NCBI GenBank assembly: GCA_965205675.1
Contig: OZ242186.1
Location: forward strand, 1,056,001-1,120,000
DNA length: 64,000 nucleotides
Direction of reading: 5' to 3'
Source: Nitrosopumilus sp.
GTDB taxonomy: Archaea; Thermoproteota; Nitrososphaeria; Nitrososphaerales; Nitrosopumilaceae
Numbering within the stretch: position 1 is the first letter of the stretch; each line of letters begins with the position of its first letter. The notes beneath the pieces are model-generated. The model searched no databases. It was not told the DNA's origin and saw only the letters and a program-made list of their open reading frames with translations. The position numbers and the translations under genes are program-made. Below, in pieces: positions 19,670 through 31,351 of the stretch.

Positions 19670-20983
19670 ATGGGAAAGTAACTCAAGTTACACATTCTAG
19701 AAAATAATTATTTTTGTTATTTCTAAAGTAATGAATAATTATCTTTACAAAGAAATATTTGAGAATTTCAATTGATATTATTGGTTTGTGATTTTGTACA
19801 TTAGTTTCTTCTGAGATAATCAAATTAGCAATTATCCATGCATTGTACAAAATCAATGAATAGTAGAAATACAACAATCTTATGGATTGGTTTGAACTGG
19901 TGGTTTTTGGTCTGAACCTTCCCACACATGCATAGCCTGTTTCAATCCCCCAACGTTTCTTGTAGTCAGTTGGAATGTTTTGTATGTTATATGATATTTC
20001 TTTTGGTGAAATATTTGTTGCAAACACAACATACTGATCAATAATATCTGATTTTTTTCTTGCATTTTTGTTTGGCAGAATAACTAGAGTAAATGATTCT
20101 ACATGTCCTGATGATGATTTTATTGTGTATGGCGAGATTGACTTTCTATCTCCATTAACGTATTGTACAATTGCATCTTTGATTCGAGAATTCTTTTTTG
20201 CAGGCATTAGAAATTTCAGATTCTTTTGTGTTATTTCTGAAATTGTTCCAGCTGTGAAAAACTCCCTATCCACTAGCAATAGTTTAATCTTGATTCCATT
20301 ATTGATGCCATCAGAGAGTAATTTACGCACAAAATCAGCATTTGATTTGTTGTCATACAAAGGATAACAACCTAGTTGAGCCCTGATTCTTTTTTCAACG
20401 CACTGCATGGTGCAGTAACTCTCAAAATGAGTAGTACTGTTTTTTGATTTTGATTTTATTAAAGAATGGTTTGGCAATTTGTCATATCTTGGGATTAGAT
20501 GTTTGTCAATTGCTACAGTAACTGGTTGCTCCAATACTCCCAGTTCTCGTAATTTTGATACTGTACTATCTAGTGACTGATGTAATTGAATTTGCATTGT
20601 TTTTTGTGATATTTTTGATATGATTTTTCTCAACCATGAAACCAGTTGGAGAAGCATTATCTGATTCCATTGCCAGTCTCTTTAATCCAGATTCAGAATA
20701 TGAATTTCCCAAACACAATGACATGACAGAATTATGTGCATCTGCATTGTGGAACCGTGAGTTATTTTTACTAGAGCATGGAAACAACAAGATATTGTAC
20801 ATTATTTTAGTGATAATCTCAAATGCTTTAGATAGTATCACGCCTTGATGTGTCATGGTATCAAATGAAGTACAATGCATATTTGATGGAGTGACATACT
20901 TCCATCAAGCTTTTTCTATCTGAATAGATTGATTGAATAATTGATAGTTTTTGATCTAAATTGAGTTACTTTCCCATCTACTG
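19664..20983 (-). mobile_element. ISH3-like (IS4-superfamily) element; transposase split by one frameshift (20566-20880 and 19683-20657)
   Basis: Perfect 23-bp IR CAGTAGATGGGAAAGTAACTCAA. VAID, LVDREFF and YKKRWGIETGY motifs. Confidence 0.88.
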
Positions 20984-21075
20984 GTTAAATTCTTTTTCAA
21001 ATTTAATTAATCTGTTTAGCAATGTGCTCACCATTGTTTTTGATAAATCGTTTGTCGCAAAAATCCCTAGGTAAG

Positions 21076-21243
21076 TGAGACTTGGGCATAATGATTTACA
21101 AAGTGAACATTTTTGTCTTTATTTTGATTATTGTTTCTAGTAAACACGTATGATTTCTTATCCTGGTACGGATATACTCCAAATGATAGCACTTGATCGT
21201 GTGTGTTTTACCCATAATTACAGTATCAATAGATTTGTAAAAT
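21076..21243 (-). repeat. IS5/IS903-like end fused to a ~150-bp duplicate of the DHFR-like gene interior
   Basis: TGAGACTTGGGCATAA (cf. 58206), then 21094-21243 nearly identical to 43118-43267. Confidence 0.8.
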
Positions 21244-21617
21244 TATCTCCGTATCCACAATGACATGAATTTGGCTTTGAGGATATGATGCCGTCACTTT
21301 TTGGATAATACCTTAGAATTGATTTGGAAAAAGTTTTACTCATTTATGCGATCAGAAATTATTCCTTTAAGACCTTATTGATTGTAAATCAGCACAAATA
21401 TCATCAAAATTTTATTATTATCTAAAAATAACCATATCTTTAACTAATTCGCATCATCTGAACTTCAATTACACAATATGCGTTTCCTGATATTATCATC
21501 CTTGTTCCTCTGTGATTTCCAGTCATAGGTATTTTTGTTTCACTTTTCTTTTTTCGGAATTGACATGCAATACGTTCACCTGTTATGGAGTCATTTGTAT
21601 TATAATGGGTTGACATA

Positions 21618-22028
21618 TTATTCAATATTTTCAATAATTTGTTTATTTTCTTTTAATTCTGACATCACATTCATCACCATTTTTAAATCTAAATTATATT
21701 CATTAGATATGTCACTTGGATAAAATATTTGACCAATACTAATTTCTTTTAATATTATTTTTTTAACACTTTCTTTATCCAAATCAAAGTTGTCGTCACC
21801 TGTATTTTCTTGTATTTGAGCTAAACCGTAATTTTCCATCATTTGTTGTATTTTCTCATCATTATCTTTCAACAATCTTTCTACCAAATCACATAATTCA
21901 AGTCCCAGATACTTAAAGTCGTCTAAATTAACATGTGTGGAATTTTGAAATTCTTTTTTTATGTAGTCTAATCTAAGAATATTCTGTTCTTGTAGTATTT
22001 CAGTTTTTTTTATCGATGTTCGTATCAT
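21618..22028 (-). CDS. Hypothetical protein with possible C-terminal wHTH
   Basis: YPSDISNEYNLDLKMVMNVMSELKE. Confidence 0.6.
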   Translation of the reverse strand: MIRTSIKKTEILQEQNILRLDYIKKEFQNSTHVNLDDFKYLGLELCDLVERLLKDNDEKIQQMMENYGLAQIQENTGDDNFDLDKESVKKIILKEISIGQIFYPSDISNEYNLDLKMVMNVMSELKENKQIIENIE

Positions 22029-22492
22029 ATTTTATCCACCATACGTTTCAGCATATGTCGTGGAACTTTTGTTGAAATATCATAATTCTGCAACACATTC
22101 AATTGATACATTGTTGTAATATAACGCAATTGTTTGAGACACTCATATAATTGACTATGATCTTTTGTATCATACGCATCTGCTAAAAGTTGCATTTTCT
22201 CAGATATATCTAAATCTATTTTGTCATTAACTTCTTTTGGAATTGTATAAGTAGAGAAATCCTTTAAATTATCAAATACACTTTCTAAAACCTCACTTAT
22301 GAATACCTCATCTTTTAATTCTAAATTCCATGCAAATTTTACTAATTCACTAGAAATTTTATTACAAACAGAATAATTTGTAATTTCGAGATTCTTTTGA
22401 ATCTCCTTAATTTTGTCAGTAAACACTATTTGTACATCTTTCATATACTTAATGAAACTAATTTCATTTACAATATAAATATGATGATTCAA
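22025..22492 (-). CDS. Hypothetical protein
   Basis: ORF with ATGA overlap to the next gene; the start may lie further downstream. Confidence 0.55.
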   Translation of the reverse strand: MNHHIYIVNEISFIKYMKDVQIVFTDKIKEIQKNLEITNYSVCNKISSELVKFAWNLELKDEVFISEVLESVFDNLKDFSTYTIPKEVNDKIDLDISEKMQLLADAYDTKDHSQLYECLKQLRYITTMYQLNVLQNYDISTKVPRHMLKRMVDKI

Positions 22493-22638
22493 AGTTCCTT
22501 AATGGTCGGCAACTCTCAAACCAAATTGAGTTGAGATCACCAAAATTTAACAGTAGGGTTCGAAGATATATTGTTGTTCTAAATTAGCATGTGCAAACTA
22601 TCAAAATCATTAAGCCCAATTCGAAGAAGATCTATATT

Positions 22639-22805
22639 CAGTAGATGGGAAAGTAACTCAAGTTACACATTCTAGAAAATAATTATTTTTGTTATTTCTA
22701 AAATAATGAATAATTATCTTTACAAAGAAATATTTGAGAATTTCAATTGATATTATTGGTTTGTGATTTTGTACATTAGTTTCTTCTGAGATAATCAAAT
22801 TAGCA
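22639..22805 (-). mobile_element. Truncated ISH3-like end fragment
   Basis: Nearly identical to the first ~167 bp of 19664-20983. Confidence 0.9.
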
Positions 22806-22851
22806 TTTAATACATTTACAGATATCTTTTTTAAAAATAAAAAAAATCTAT

Positions 22852-24045
22852 TGTACGAAAATTAGGTCGTCCTAAGATTAGACATTGTGTAAAGGAATAC
22901 TATAGACTATATCGATCTAAAATTATGAGGAAATATCTTACTGAGAAATCAATACGTTACATCATTGCACAGTGTAAACAAGGTCGTAGAACAGCTACAA
23001 TTGCATATGAAACGAATGTAACACAGAGACATATTCAACGTATTTGGGCAGAATTTCGTAAAACAGGTGGTACCACATGTACAAAAAACTCCTGGAAGAC
23101 ATTCATCAGCACCATCAGAGACCCAAACCAATCTAGTAGGTCGTAGAACAGCTACAATTGCATATGAAACGAATGTAACACAGAGACATATTCAACGTAT
23201 TTGGGCAGAATTTCGTAAAACAGGTGGTACCACATGTACAAAAAACTCCTGGAAGACATTCATCAGCACCATCAGAGACCCAAACCAATCTAGTATTACA
23301 AAAACACAAAGAACAACCAATAGGTGCAGTACGTCTTACAAAAGAACTCAAAGAAAAAGGTCACATTATAAGTTACCATAAAGTATACCAGATAATGAAG
23401 GCGAATCATCTATCAATTCCATCCCCTGCAAAATCACGTAAACGCAAATGGGTAAGATTTGAACGCAAGTATTCCAATGCAATGTGGCATGTGGATTGGC
23501 ATATGATGAAGGACCCACGCTTTAGAGGGCTGAATCTAGTCACATATCTTGATGATTCTTCAAGGTGTATCATGGCAGCACAAATATTCACTCAAGCTAC
23601 ATCAGAAAATGCAGTACGAGTCTTGTATAAAGCAGTCAAAAAGTTTGGTGTCCCTGCTACAATACTTTCAGATAACGGATTATGCTTTGTTGGAAGACAT
23701 CAAAAAAAACCAAAAGGTTCATGGAGTCCAACACTTTTTGAAGAAGCATTGCTAGACATGGGAATTGAGTTGATAAACTCCAGACCATATCATCCACAGA
23801 CAAATGGCAAGCTAGAACGATTCCACAGAAGTATTGAAGAAGAGATATTTCACTATGATAGTCTGTCTGAATATGTCAAATATTACAATGAACGCAGACT
23901 ACACTTTTCACTAGATATTGATGCAGGTGAACGACCACTAGATGCATTTAAAGCAAGAATTGCCACAAAAACGATCAGAGATGATAACCCCAATTGGGCT
24001 GAAGAGGATACAAATGGATAAGCGACATAATTTCCATATAGTACA
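22852..24045 (+). mobile_element. IS481-family element with a disrupted 5' part
   Basis: TGTAC...GTACA ends. WHVDWH, LSDNG and HPQTNGKLERFH in 23224-24021. Confidence 0.88.
22981..23294 (+). repeat. 157-bp tandem duplication inside the IS481 transposase
   Basis: 22981-23137 is repeated at 23138-23294. Confidence 0.9.
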
Positions 24046-24083
24046 TAAAAATAAAAAAAAGATTGGATTTATTAATCTTCAAG

Positions 24084-24476
24084 TCATTCTTTTGTAGGAT
24101 CCCGACTTAGAATGTTTAACACATGTTCGATTATTTGCTTTTGTCCACCTTGATGTAAATCCATCCTAACTGTATCAGATCCCATACTTACAAAGATCAA
24201 ATTATCATCACCCAAAGGAAATGTAATCCTAGTAATTTTCTCAAATGCAGCAACTGCATACAGACCATATCCAATTTTAGGTCTGAGTTCCCTTCTACCT
24301 TTCCAAGAATTTGCAGCACGTATTAGAGATGATTTTGTTTCATCAGGAGACAAAAAATTGGTAACTCCATCACGATGACTTGTTGCAAGTATAGTTCCGT
24401 CTATATCAGTGACAATACTATGTCGGATGTTAATGTCTGAATTCATGATTCTCAATAAAAGATTCTCAAAATTCAT
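24084..24476 (-). CDS. Roadblock-like thaumarchaeal protein (DUF6659-like)
   Basis: NIRHSIVTDIDG..YAVAAFEKITRITFPL. Confidence 0.7.
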   Translation of the reverse strand: MNFENLLLRIMNSDINIRHSIVTDIDGTILATSHRDGVTNFLSPDETKSSLIRAANSWKGRRELRPKIGYGLYAVAAFEKITRITFPLGDDNLIFVSMGSDTVRMDLHQGGQKQIIEHVLNILSRDPTKE

Positions 24477-24586
24477 CTTAATAATTACGTCAGAATATTA
24501 CTTAAAGGATCAGGCTCCGATCATGACAAAAGAATTTTTAAAATATGAGCATGATTTAAATTGTATAATCAAAGCATTGCAATCAA

Positions 24587-25324
24587 ATGCTTCCGGCACA
24601 ACAAGGTTACGATAGAGCAATTACGGTATTTTCACCAGACGGTAGACTATACCAAGTTGAATATGCTATTGAAACTGTAAGAAGGGGAACAATTGCCGTA
24701 GGTGTAAAATGTAAAGAAGGAATCGCCATTGCAGTCGAAGAAAAACCAAGAAAATTACAAATTTCAGAGACAGCTCAAAAGATTTTCCAAATTGATGATC
24801 ATGTAGGAGTTGCAGCAGCAGGATACATCCCAGATGCAAGAAGTCAGGTAGATAATGCAAGATTTTTTTCACAAAGTAACAGAATGATTTATGATGAACC
24901 AGTAGAAGTGGAAATAATTGCAAAACATTTAGCTGATCAATGCCAACAATATACACAGTATGCAGGAGTAAGGCCATACGGTGTCGCATTAATTTTAGGA
25001 GGAGTGGTAAATAACACACCGCAGTTGTATCTAACTGATCCAAGTGGAACATACATTTCATATGATGCAATGGCAATTGGTTCAGGCTCTGATCAGGTTA
25101 CAGACTTTTTAGAAAAAACATACAAAGAAGATCTCTCGCTAGATGATGCTGCAACATTAGCTTCTGCAGGAATTTATCTTTCAAGTGAAGATAAAGAAGG
25201 AACAAGTCACATCAGAATGGCATGTGTTAAAAAAGAGACAGGATTATATGAATTAGTTTCAGATGCAGAGATTGCAAAGTATGCAAATGATGCTAAAGAA
25301 AAATATCCACACGAGCAAAAATAA
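24587..25324 (+). CDS. psmA: Proteasome subunit alpha
   Basis: GYDRAITVFSPDGRLYQVEYA. Confidence 0.97.
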   Translation: MLPAQQGYDRAITVFSPDGRLYQVEYAIETVRRGTIAVGVKCKEGIAIAVEEKPRKLQISETAQKIFQIDDHVGVAAAGYIPDARSQVDNARFFSQSNRMIYDEPVEVEIIAKHLADQCQQYTQYAGVRPYGVALILGGVVNNTPQLYLTDPSGTYISYDAMAIGSGSDQVTDFLEKTYKEDLSLDDAATLASAGIYLSSEDKEGTSHIRMACVKKETGLYELVSDAEIAKYANDAKEKYPHEQK

Positions 25325-25355
25325 TTATTTTAAATATTTGAGAGATTAAATTACA

Positions 25356-26162
25356 TTGAAATTATCTGTTGCAATTCCAGAATCTGCTTTATCAGATGAA
25401 TCACTTAAAATTGATAAAACTCGAAAAATATCCGTTCTAGCTAGGGCATGTGCAATTTTTAAAATTGATACAATCTATGTCTACCAAGAAAGAGACAAAA
25501 AAACAGATCCAGGATTAATGATAATGATTCTAAAATATTTAGAAACACCACAATTTTTGAGAAGGAGATTGTTTCCTAAAATGAACGACTTGAAATTTGC
25601 AGGAGTTTTACAACCATTAAAAATTTCAAGCCATGTTACGCCAGTAAATTCTAAAAAAATTAAAGCCGGAGACATCAGAGAAGGTATTGTTGTAAGTGCA
25701 AAGGGGAAAAAGTTTGTAGATGTTGGAATTAATCAATTAATCCAATATTATGGAGATGCCTCAACGGGGAAAAGGATCACAGTTAGATTCAAAGAAGGAT
25801 ATCCAAGATTATCAGTCAAAGATATTGAAAAAAGTAAAATTCCAACTTATTGGGGGTATTCTGTTAAAGAGCGCGCAAACTTGTTTTCAGTACTATCAGA
25901 ATGGAAAGGGAACATCATAATCACTACAAGAAAAGGAAAATCAGTGTCAAGTGATATATTATCAAAATATACAAAATCAGATGAACATACTCTAGTGGTT
26001 TTTGGATCACCTGAGAGAGGAGTTCACGAGATCATAGGAGGAAGAATGAATAAAGTTCAGAATGCAAAGTCACTAAACTTTTTTCCAAATCAGGCAACTG
26101 AGACAGTACGTCTAGAAGAAGCGTTATTGGGAACATTGGCAATAATTAATGCCAACAATTAA
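25356..26162 (+). CDS. SPOUT-family RNA methyltransferase (DUF171)
   Basis: LARACAIF, YLETPQFLR, PNQATETVRLEEA; typical position before L3. Confidence 0.88.
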   Translation: MKLSVAIPESALSDESLKIDKTRKISVLARACAIFKIDTIYVYQERDKKTDPGLMIMILKYLETPQFLRRRLFPKMNDLKFAGVLQPLKISSHVTPVNSKKIKAGDIREGIVVSAKGKKFVDVGINQLIQYYGDASTGKRITVRFKEGYPRLSVKDIEKSKIPTYWGYSVKERANLFSVLSEWKGNIIITTRKGKSVSSDILSKYTKSDEHTLVVFGSPERGVHEIIGGRMNKVQNAKSLNFFPNQATETVRLEEALLGTLAIINANN

Positions 26163-26169
26163 CCAGATC

Positions 26170-26280
26170 ATGGCTGAGAAGAAAAATTTTCTATTATTTG
26201 CAATCGGGCTAGGAGTTACAGGGATCATTATTGGAGGATTTACAATTTGGAATTCTGTATCGGGATTAATTTCACCATAA
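26170..26280 (+). CDS. Small membrane protein (36 aa)
   Basis: MAEKKNFLLFAIGLGVTGIIIGGFTIWNSVSGLISP. Confidence 0.45.
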   Translation: MAEKKNFLLFAIGLGVTGIIIGGFTIWNSVSGLISP

Positions 26281-26373
26281 CAAATTAGGCATAGATGGTT
26301 AACCTAAATTTTTTAAATGGTTAACAATGTCCCACATGGTTTAATAGAGGGCAATCGATGATGCGGTTTAGCC

Positions 26374-27369
26374 ATGGGAGCTCGAAAACGACATCAACCA
26401 CGCAGAGGCAGTCTTGCATATTCACGTAGAGTACGCGCAAAAACTATGGAAGCAAGGATTAGAGCATGGCCAACTAGAACAAGTTCTGAAGAGCCAAAAA
26501 TTTTAGCACATTGCGGATTCAAAGCAGGCTGTGTTCAAATTGTTAGCATTGATGATCGTGACAAAGTCCCAAACGCAGGAAAGCAACTAGTAAGTTTAGG
26601 CACAGTGTTAGTTACTCCACCAGTTTTGATTTTAGGAGTTAGAGGATATTCAAAAGATCATTATGGCAAACATGCGGAGTTTGATGTGTATGCAGAAGAT
26701 ATTCCAAAAAACATTGCTAAAGAAATTACAATTAAAAATATTGCAGGATCAATGGAGAACGCAGAATCAAGATTAAAAAAAATTAAAGAAATTTATGCAA
26801 TTGTTGCAGTTTCTCCAAGATCTGCAGGATTAGAAATGAAAAAACCATATATTTTTGAAGCAATGGTTAGTGGTGGAAATATTGAAAAACAATTTGTACA
26901 CGTTAAAGAATCATTAGGAAAAGAAATTAAAATTGCTCAAATTTTTGAGACCGGTTCAACTGTAGATGTTGCAGCAATTACTAAAGGACACGGATGGCAA
27001 GGAGTCATGAGAAGATGGAATGTAAAAAAGAAACAACACAAGTCAAGAAAAACAGTTAGAGAAGTTGGTTCACTGGGTCCCATTTCACCACAAAGTGTAA
27101 TGTATACAGTACCAAGAGCAGGTCAAACAGGATTCCATCAAAGAGTAGAATACGATAAAAGAATCATGATCATAGGAAACACAGAGTCAGATGAAATAAA
27201 AATTAATCCTAAAGGAGGATACAAGCACTTTGGTTTAGTGAGAGGAGATTTTATCATTTTAAAAGGGTCAGTTCCAGGAACATACAAGAGACTAATCAAA
27301 CTAAGAAGTCAAATCAGAAATGCACCTGACAAAGTAATCAAGCCAAACATTTTGGAGGTAGTAGTATAA
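26374..27369 (+). CDS. rpl3: 50S ribosomal protein L3
   Basis: PRRGSLAY, GFKAG, TKGHGWQG, VPRAGQTGFHQR. Confidence 0.97.
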   Translation: MGARKRHQPRRGSLAYSRRVRAKTMEARIRAWPTRTSSEEPKILAHCGFKAGCVQIVSIDDRDKVPNAGKQLVSLGTVLVTPPVLILGVRGYSKDHYGKHAEFDVYAEDIPKNIAKEITIKNIAGSMENAESRLKKIKEIYAIVAVSPRSAGLEMKKPYIFEAMVSGGNIEKQFVHVKESLGKEIKIAQIFETGSTVDVAAITKGHGWQGVMRRWNVKKKQHKSRKTVREVGSLGPISPQSVMYTVPRAGQTGFHQRVEYDKRIMIIGNTESDEIKINPKGGYKHFGLVRGDFIILKGSVPGTYKRLIKLRSQIRNAPDKVIKPNILEVVV

Positions 27370-28181
27370 TGAAGGCGGCAACATACACTACAACAGGGAC
27401 TAGAGATACAGAAATTGAATTGCCAATGATCTTCTCAACTCCATTTAGGAGAGAATTAATCCACAAAGCTTTTACTAATTTAACATCACACAAATTCCAA
27501 AAACAAGGAAGAAAACCAAATGCAGGTATGGATGTAGTTGCAGATTCTAATGATCCTCCAACAGGTCAAGGGGTTTCTCGTGTTGCAAGAATGCAAGGAG
27601 GCGGGGGTGGAAGACAGGGACAAGGTGCAGAAGTAGCATCAACTAGAGGAGGAAGACAAGCACATCCGCCAATTGTCGAAAAAGTAATTTACAAAAAGTT
27701 AAACAAAAAAGAGAATAAACTAGCATTATGTTCTGCAATTGCAGCAACAGCATCAAAAGATCTTGTAAAAGCAAGAGGTCATAAAATTAAAGGCATAGAA
27801 TCATTGCCAATTATAGTATCAAATGATATAGAATCTATTGCCAAAACAAATGAAATCACCAAAGTGTTAGATGCGTTAAAACTATCACAAGATATAGAGC
27901 GATTAAGCACTAGGAAGCCACGTTCTGGTCAATCAAGACTTCGAGGAAGAACCAAAAAAGTTGGAAAAAGTGTGCTATTTGTAACTACAGATTCATCAAA
28001 TCTTTCAAAAGCAACAGGGGCATTACCAGGTATAGAAGTAAAAAATGTTAAAGAATTAAGTGTGTTAGACCTGGCTCCGGGTTCTGATCCAATTAGATTA
28101 ACAGTATATTCCAAATCAGCAATAGAAGAAATTGGAAAGATAAAATCAACACATCTAAAAGTAATGGCGAATTTGCAATGA
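27369..28181 (+). CDS. rpl4: 50S ribosomal protein L4
   Basis: GGRQAHPP, LDLAPG. Confidence 0.96.
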   Translation: MKAATYTTTGTRDTEIELPMIFSTPFRRELIHKAFTNLTSHKFQKQGRKPNAGMDVVADSNDPPTGQGVSRVARMQGGGGGRQGQGAEVASTRGGRQAHPPIVEKVIYKKLNKKENKLALCSAIAATASKDLVKARGHKIKGIESLPIIVSNDIESIAKTNEITKVLDALKLSQDIERLSTRKPRSGQSRLRGRTKKVGKSVLFVTTDSSNLSKATGALPGIEVKNVKELSVLDLAPGSDPIRLTVYSKSAIEEIGKIKSTHLKVMANLQ

Positions 28182-28444
28182 ATATAGATCAAGCAATGAA
28201 AATCATTTTGAAGCCATACATTACAGAGAAAACCTTTGCAATGATAGAGAATGAAAGCAAAATTTGTTTCATAGTAGAAATATCAGCCAACAAATCAGAA
28301 ATTTCAGAAGCAGTAAAGACACTGTATAATCAAAAAGTCAAAAAAGTAAACACTGCGAGAACAATTTACGGCAAAAAAGCTTTTGTTCAGTTTGAAAATA
28401 CTGAAAAAGCCAGAGATTTGGCAACGAAGATAGGAATGCTATAA
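28178..28444 (+). CDS. rpl23: 50S ribosomal protein L23
   Basis: PYITEK, ANKSEI, KKAFV. Confidence 0.95.
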   Translation: MNIDQAMKIILKPYITEKTFAMIENESKICFIVEISANKSEISEAVKTLYNQKVKKVNTARTIYGKKAFVQFENTEKARDLATKIGML

Positions 28445-28488
28445 TATGGACCACAGGACTCGAGATATATTAACAGAGGAGAAGAGAG

Positions 28489-28884
28489 ATGGTTAAAGAA
28501 TTTTTGTACAGAGGCATTCCAAAAGAGGAACTGGATAATTTGTCTTTAGAAAAATTATTCTTGTTATTTAATTCCAGACAGAGACGATCACTTACCAGAG
28601 GAATCACAGATGGGAAAAGAAAATTAATTGAAGAAATTAAAGCCACAAAAGCAGGCAAACTAAAAAATCCAATCAAAACCCATGTAAGGGATTTAATTAT
28701 TCTGCCATACATGGTAGGCGTTACAGTAAATACATTCTCAGGAAAAGAATTCCAACCAGTTGCAATAACAACTGAAATGATTGGGCACTATTTAGGAGAG
28801 TATGTAATAACAAACAAGAGAGTTTCACATGGCGCTCCAGGTGTTGGTGCATCAAGATCCAGTCTCTACGTACCATTGAAGTGA
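28489..28884 (+). CDS. rps19: 30S ribosomal protein S19
   Basis: EMIGHYLGEY, GASRSS. Confidence 0.96.
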   Translation: MVKEFLYRGIPKEELDNLSLEKLFLLFNSRQRRSLTRGITDGKRKLIEEIKATKAGKLKNPIKTHVRDLIILPYMVGVTVNTFSGKEFQPVAITTEMIGHYLGEYVITNKRVSHGAPGVGASRSSLYVPLK

Positions 28885-28889
28885 TTATT

Positions 28890-29348
28890 ATGGGTAGATT
28901 CGATTACGCTTTCCAAAATTATGACTCAACAAGACACGTACGTTCTTCATTAAGAGAAAAAGACATTTCACACAAGCATGCACGTGAAGTTGCAGTATCA
29001 ATTAAAGGATTATCAATTGAAAAAGCAAGAGACTATCTTATTGCAGTAATTGATGAAAAAAGAGCAGTTCCATTTAGAAGATACAAAAACCAAGTTGGAC
29101 ACAGACCAGACCCAGGAGTGATGTCTGGACGGTATCCACAAAAAACGGCAAAAGAGTTTATCAAAGTCTTAGATAATTTAGAATCAAATGCAGAATACAA
29201 AGGAATGGACTTGGATAGGTTAAGAATCATCAATGCAACTGTTCACAAAGGCGTGACTGTAAAAAGATTCATTCCAAGAGCAATGGGAAGAGCAACGCCG
29301 AAGAATAATGTACTAACTCATGTAGAATTGGTGGCAAGGGAGATCTAG
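28890..29348 (+). CDS. rpl22: 50S ribosomal protein L22
   Basis: [15 protein letters not shown]. Confidence 0.96.
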   Translation: MGRFDYAFQNYDSTRHVRSSLREKDISHKHAREVAVSIKGLSIEKARDYLIAVIDEKRAVPFRRYKNQVGHRPDPGVMSGRYPQKTAKEFIKVLDNLESNAEYKGMDLDRLRIINATVHKGVTVKRFIPRAMGRATPKNNVLTHVELVAREI

Positions 29349-29350
29349 AA

Positions 29351-30139
29351 ATGTCAGCTGTGAAAAACGTAATTAGAGATAACTACAACATGATGCTACT
29401 CAAAGATTATCTTAGAGAGGCAATCAAAGACGCAGGATTTTCACATGCAGAAATTTCAAAAACGCCAGTAGGAACTAGAGTTGCATTACATGTAACAAGA
29501 CCAGGAATAGTAATTGGAAGGAAAGGTTCGGGAATTAGAGCCTTAACTGATAAACTTGCAGTAGATTTTGGATTAAAAAATCCACAGATTTCAGTAGTTG
29601 AAATTGAAAAACCAGAGCTTGCACCAAGCGTAATGTGTAACAGAATGGCATCGCATTTGGAAAGAGGTACGGCATTTAGAAGAGCAACCATGTGGACGTT
29701 AAAGCAAATAATGGAAGGAGGTGCAATGGGAGTACAAATTACAATTTCAGGAAAACTCAGAGGAGATCGTTCAGCATTTGAAAAGCACACTCAAGGAATT
29801 TTACCAAGAGCAGGTCATCATGCAGAAATTATAGTTGATGAGGATATTGCACACGTAAAAACAGCAATGGGGTTGATTGGAATTAGAATAAGAATTGCAA
29901 GAAAAGAGAAACTAATTCCAGAATTTGAAATGAGAGTTGAGAAAGTAAAGAAAGGAAAACAATCACCAGAAGAAAAAATCAAAGTTGAAGAAATTGAAAT
30001 TGAGGGTGCCAAGGTAGAAGTAGTCAAAGTAGAAGGCAAAGCCGATACAGCTAAATCAGAATCAGAAAGAATTGCATTAGAAGCAAAAAAGATGGAAGGC
30101 ATTGAGACATTAGAAGAAGAAGAGGCCAAGATGAAATGA
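29351..30139 (+). CDS. rps3: 30S ribosomal protein S3
   Basis: [15 protein letters not shown]. Confidence 0.96.
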   Translation: MSAVKNVIRDNYNMMLLKDYLREAIKDAGFSHAEISKTPVGTRVALHVTRPGIVIGRKGSGIRALTDKLAVDFGLKNPQISVVEIEKPELAPSVMCNRMASHLERGTAFRRATMWTLKQIMEGGAMGVQITISGKLRGDRSAFEKHTQGILPRAGHHAEIIVDEDIAHVKTAMGLIGIRIRIARKEKLIPEFEMRVEKVKKGKQSPEEKIKVEEIEIEGAKVEVVKVEGKADTAKSESERIALEAKKMEGIETLEEEEAKMK

Positions 30140-30342
30140 CCAGACTCAGCATGAAGACCATTAAACAATTAACTGAAAAAGATCTAAAAAGTAAAGTTCA
30201 GGAGACACGTAGTGAATTAGGTAAGCTCAGAGTTGATGCATCTAAAGGAACGTTAAGAAAAGAAAGCGGAAAGTTAAAACCACTACGACATGACATTGCA
30301 AGAATGATGACAAGATTAAGTGAGATGAAAAAAGAGAAATGA
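30136..30342 (+). CDS. rpl29: 50S ribosomal protein L29
   Basis: [10 protein letters not shown]; operon position. Confidence 0.92.
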   Translation: MTRLSMKTIKQLTEKDLKSKVQETRSELGKLRVDASKGTLRKESGKLKPLRHDIARMMTRLSEMKKEK

Positions 30343-30605
30343 TAACTGCAGATAACATAACATCACATGAATTTATAGGATTAGATACTGAGATCATCAA
30401 ATCTACAAATCCACAAGTAATAGGATTAAATGGAAGAATTATCAATGAAACAAAATCAATGTTTACACTAAATACTCAGAAAGGGGTAAAAAATATTACA
30501 AAATTAAACAATGACTGGAAGTTCGTAATCGAGAGAAAAGAAGTCATAGTTGAGGGTGCCAGAATTAGAAAAAGACCATTTGATAGAATCGGAGGAAAAT
30601 CATGA
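30339..30605 (+). CDS. rnp1: RNase P protein subunit Rpp29
   Basis: HEFIGL, GRIINETK, RPFDR. Confidence 0.92.
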   Translation: MITADNITSHEFIGLDTEIIKSTNPQVIGLNGRIINETKSMFTLNTQKGVKNITKLNNDWKFVIERKEVIVEGARIRKRPFDRIGGKS

Positions 30606-30925
30606 CTCAGAATATAGGATTAAAAATCAAGGAACCTGCAAGAGAATGTGAAGATAAACACTGTCCTTTCCACGGAGATTTGTCAATTAGAGGAAAATTA
30701 TTTGACGGCAAAGTAACAGGAAGTAAAGCAAAACAAACCATCACATTACAAAAAGATGCGCCAATTTACTTTAGTAAATTTAAGAGATATGCAAGGGGCA
30801 CAAGTACAATACACGCACACGTTCCAGGATGTATAGATGTTGAAACAGGAGATCATGTGTTAACTGCAGAATGCAGACCAATCTCCAAATCAATATCATA
30901 TGTCGTAGTGGAGGTTAAGACATAA
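30602..30925 (+). CDS. rps17: 30S ribosomal protein S17
   Basis: CPFHG, ECRPISK. Confidence 0.95.
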   Translation: MTQNIGLKIKEPARECEDKHCPFHGDLSIRGKLFDGKVTGSKAKQTITLQKDAPIYFSKFKRYARGTSTIHAHVPGCIDVETGDHVLTAECRPISKSISYVVVEVKT

Positions 30926-31347
30926 TGGCAAAGCAAGCAGGCAAAGGCGTAGAAGAGTTCAGACCGTATGTAACCAAAGTAATTCCAATTGGTGCAAATA
31001 TTGTATGTGCAGATAATTCAGGCGCAAAAATTTTAGAAGTGATTAATGTTCCAAGACACCACACCAGATCATCAAGACTGGCATCCGCATCTGTTGGTGA
31101 TTTTTGTAATGTAGTAGTAAAAAAAGGTCCTGCAGAATTAAGAAAGCAAGTTTATGGCGCAGTAATTATTAGGCAAAAATATGCAGTTCGGAGATTAAAT
31201 GGTGTAAGAGTTTGTTTTGAAGATAACGCAGCAGTACTAATCACTCCAGAAGGAGAGACAAAAGGTACAGACATCAAAGGACCAGTAGCAGCAGAAGCTA
31301 CAGAAAAATGGCCAAGGGTAGCTAACTTGGCATCAATGGTGGTATGA
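30925..31347 (+). CDS. rpl14: 50S ribosomal protein L14
   Basis: [15 protein letters not shown]. Confidence 0.97.
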   Translation: MAKQAGKGVEEFRPYVTKVIPIGANIVCADNSGAKILEVINVPRHHTRSSRLASASVGDFCNVVVKKGPAELRKQVYGAVIIRQKYAVRRLNGVRVCFEDNAAVLITPEGETKGTDIKGPVAAEATEKWPRVANLASMVV

Positions 31348-31351
31348 CAAA

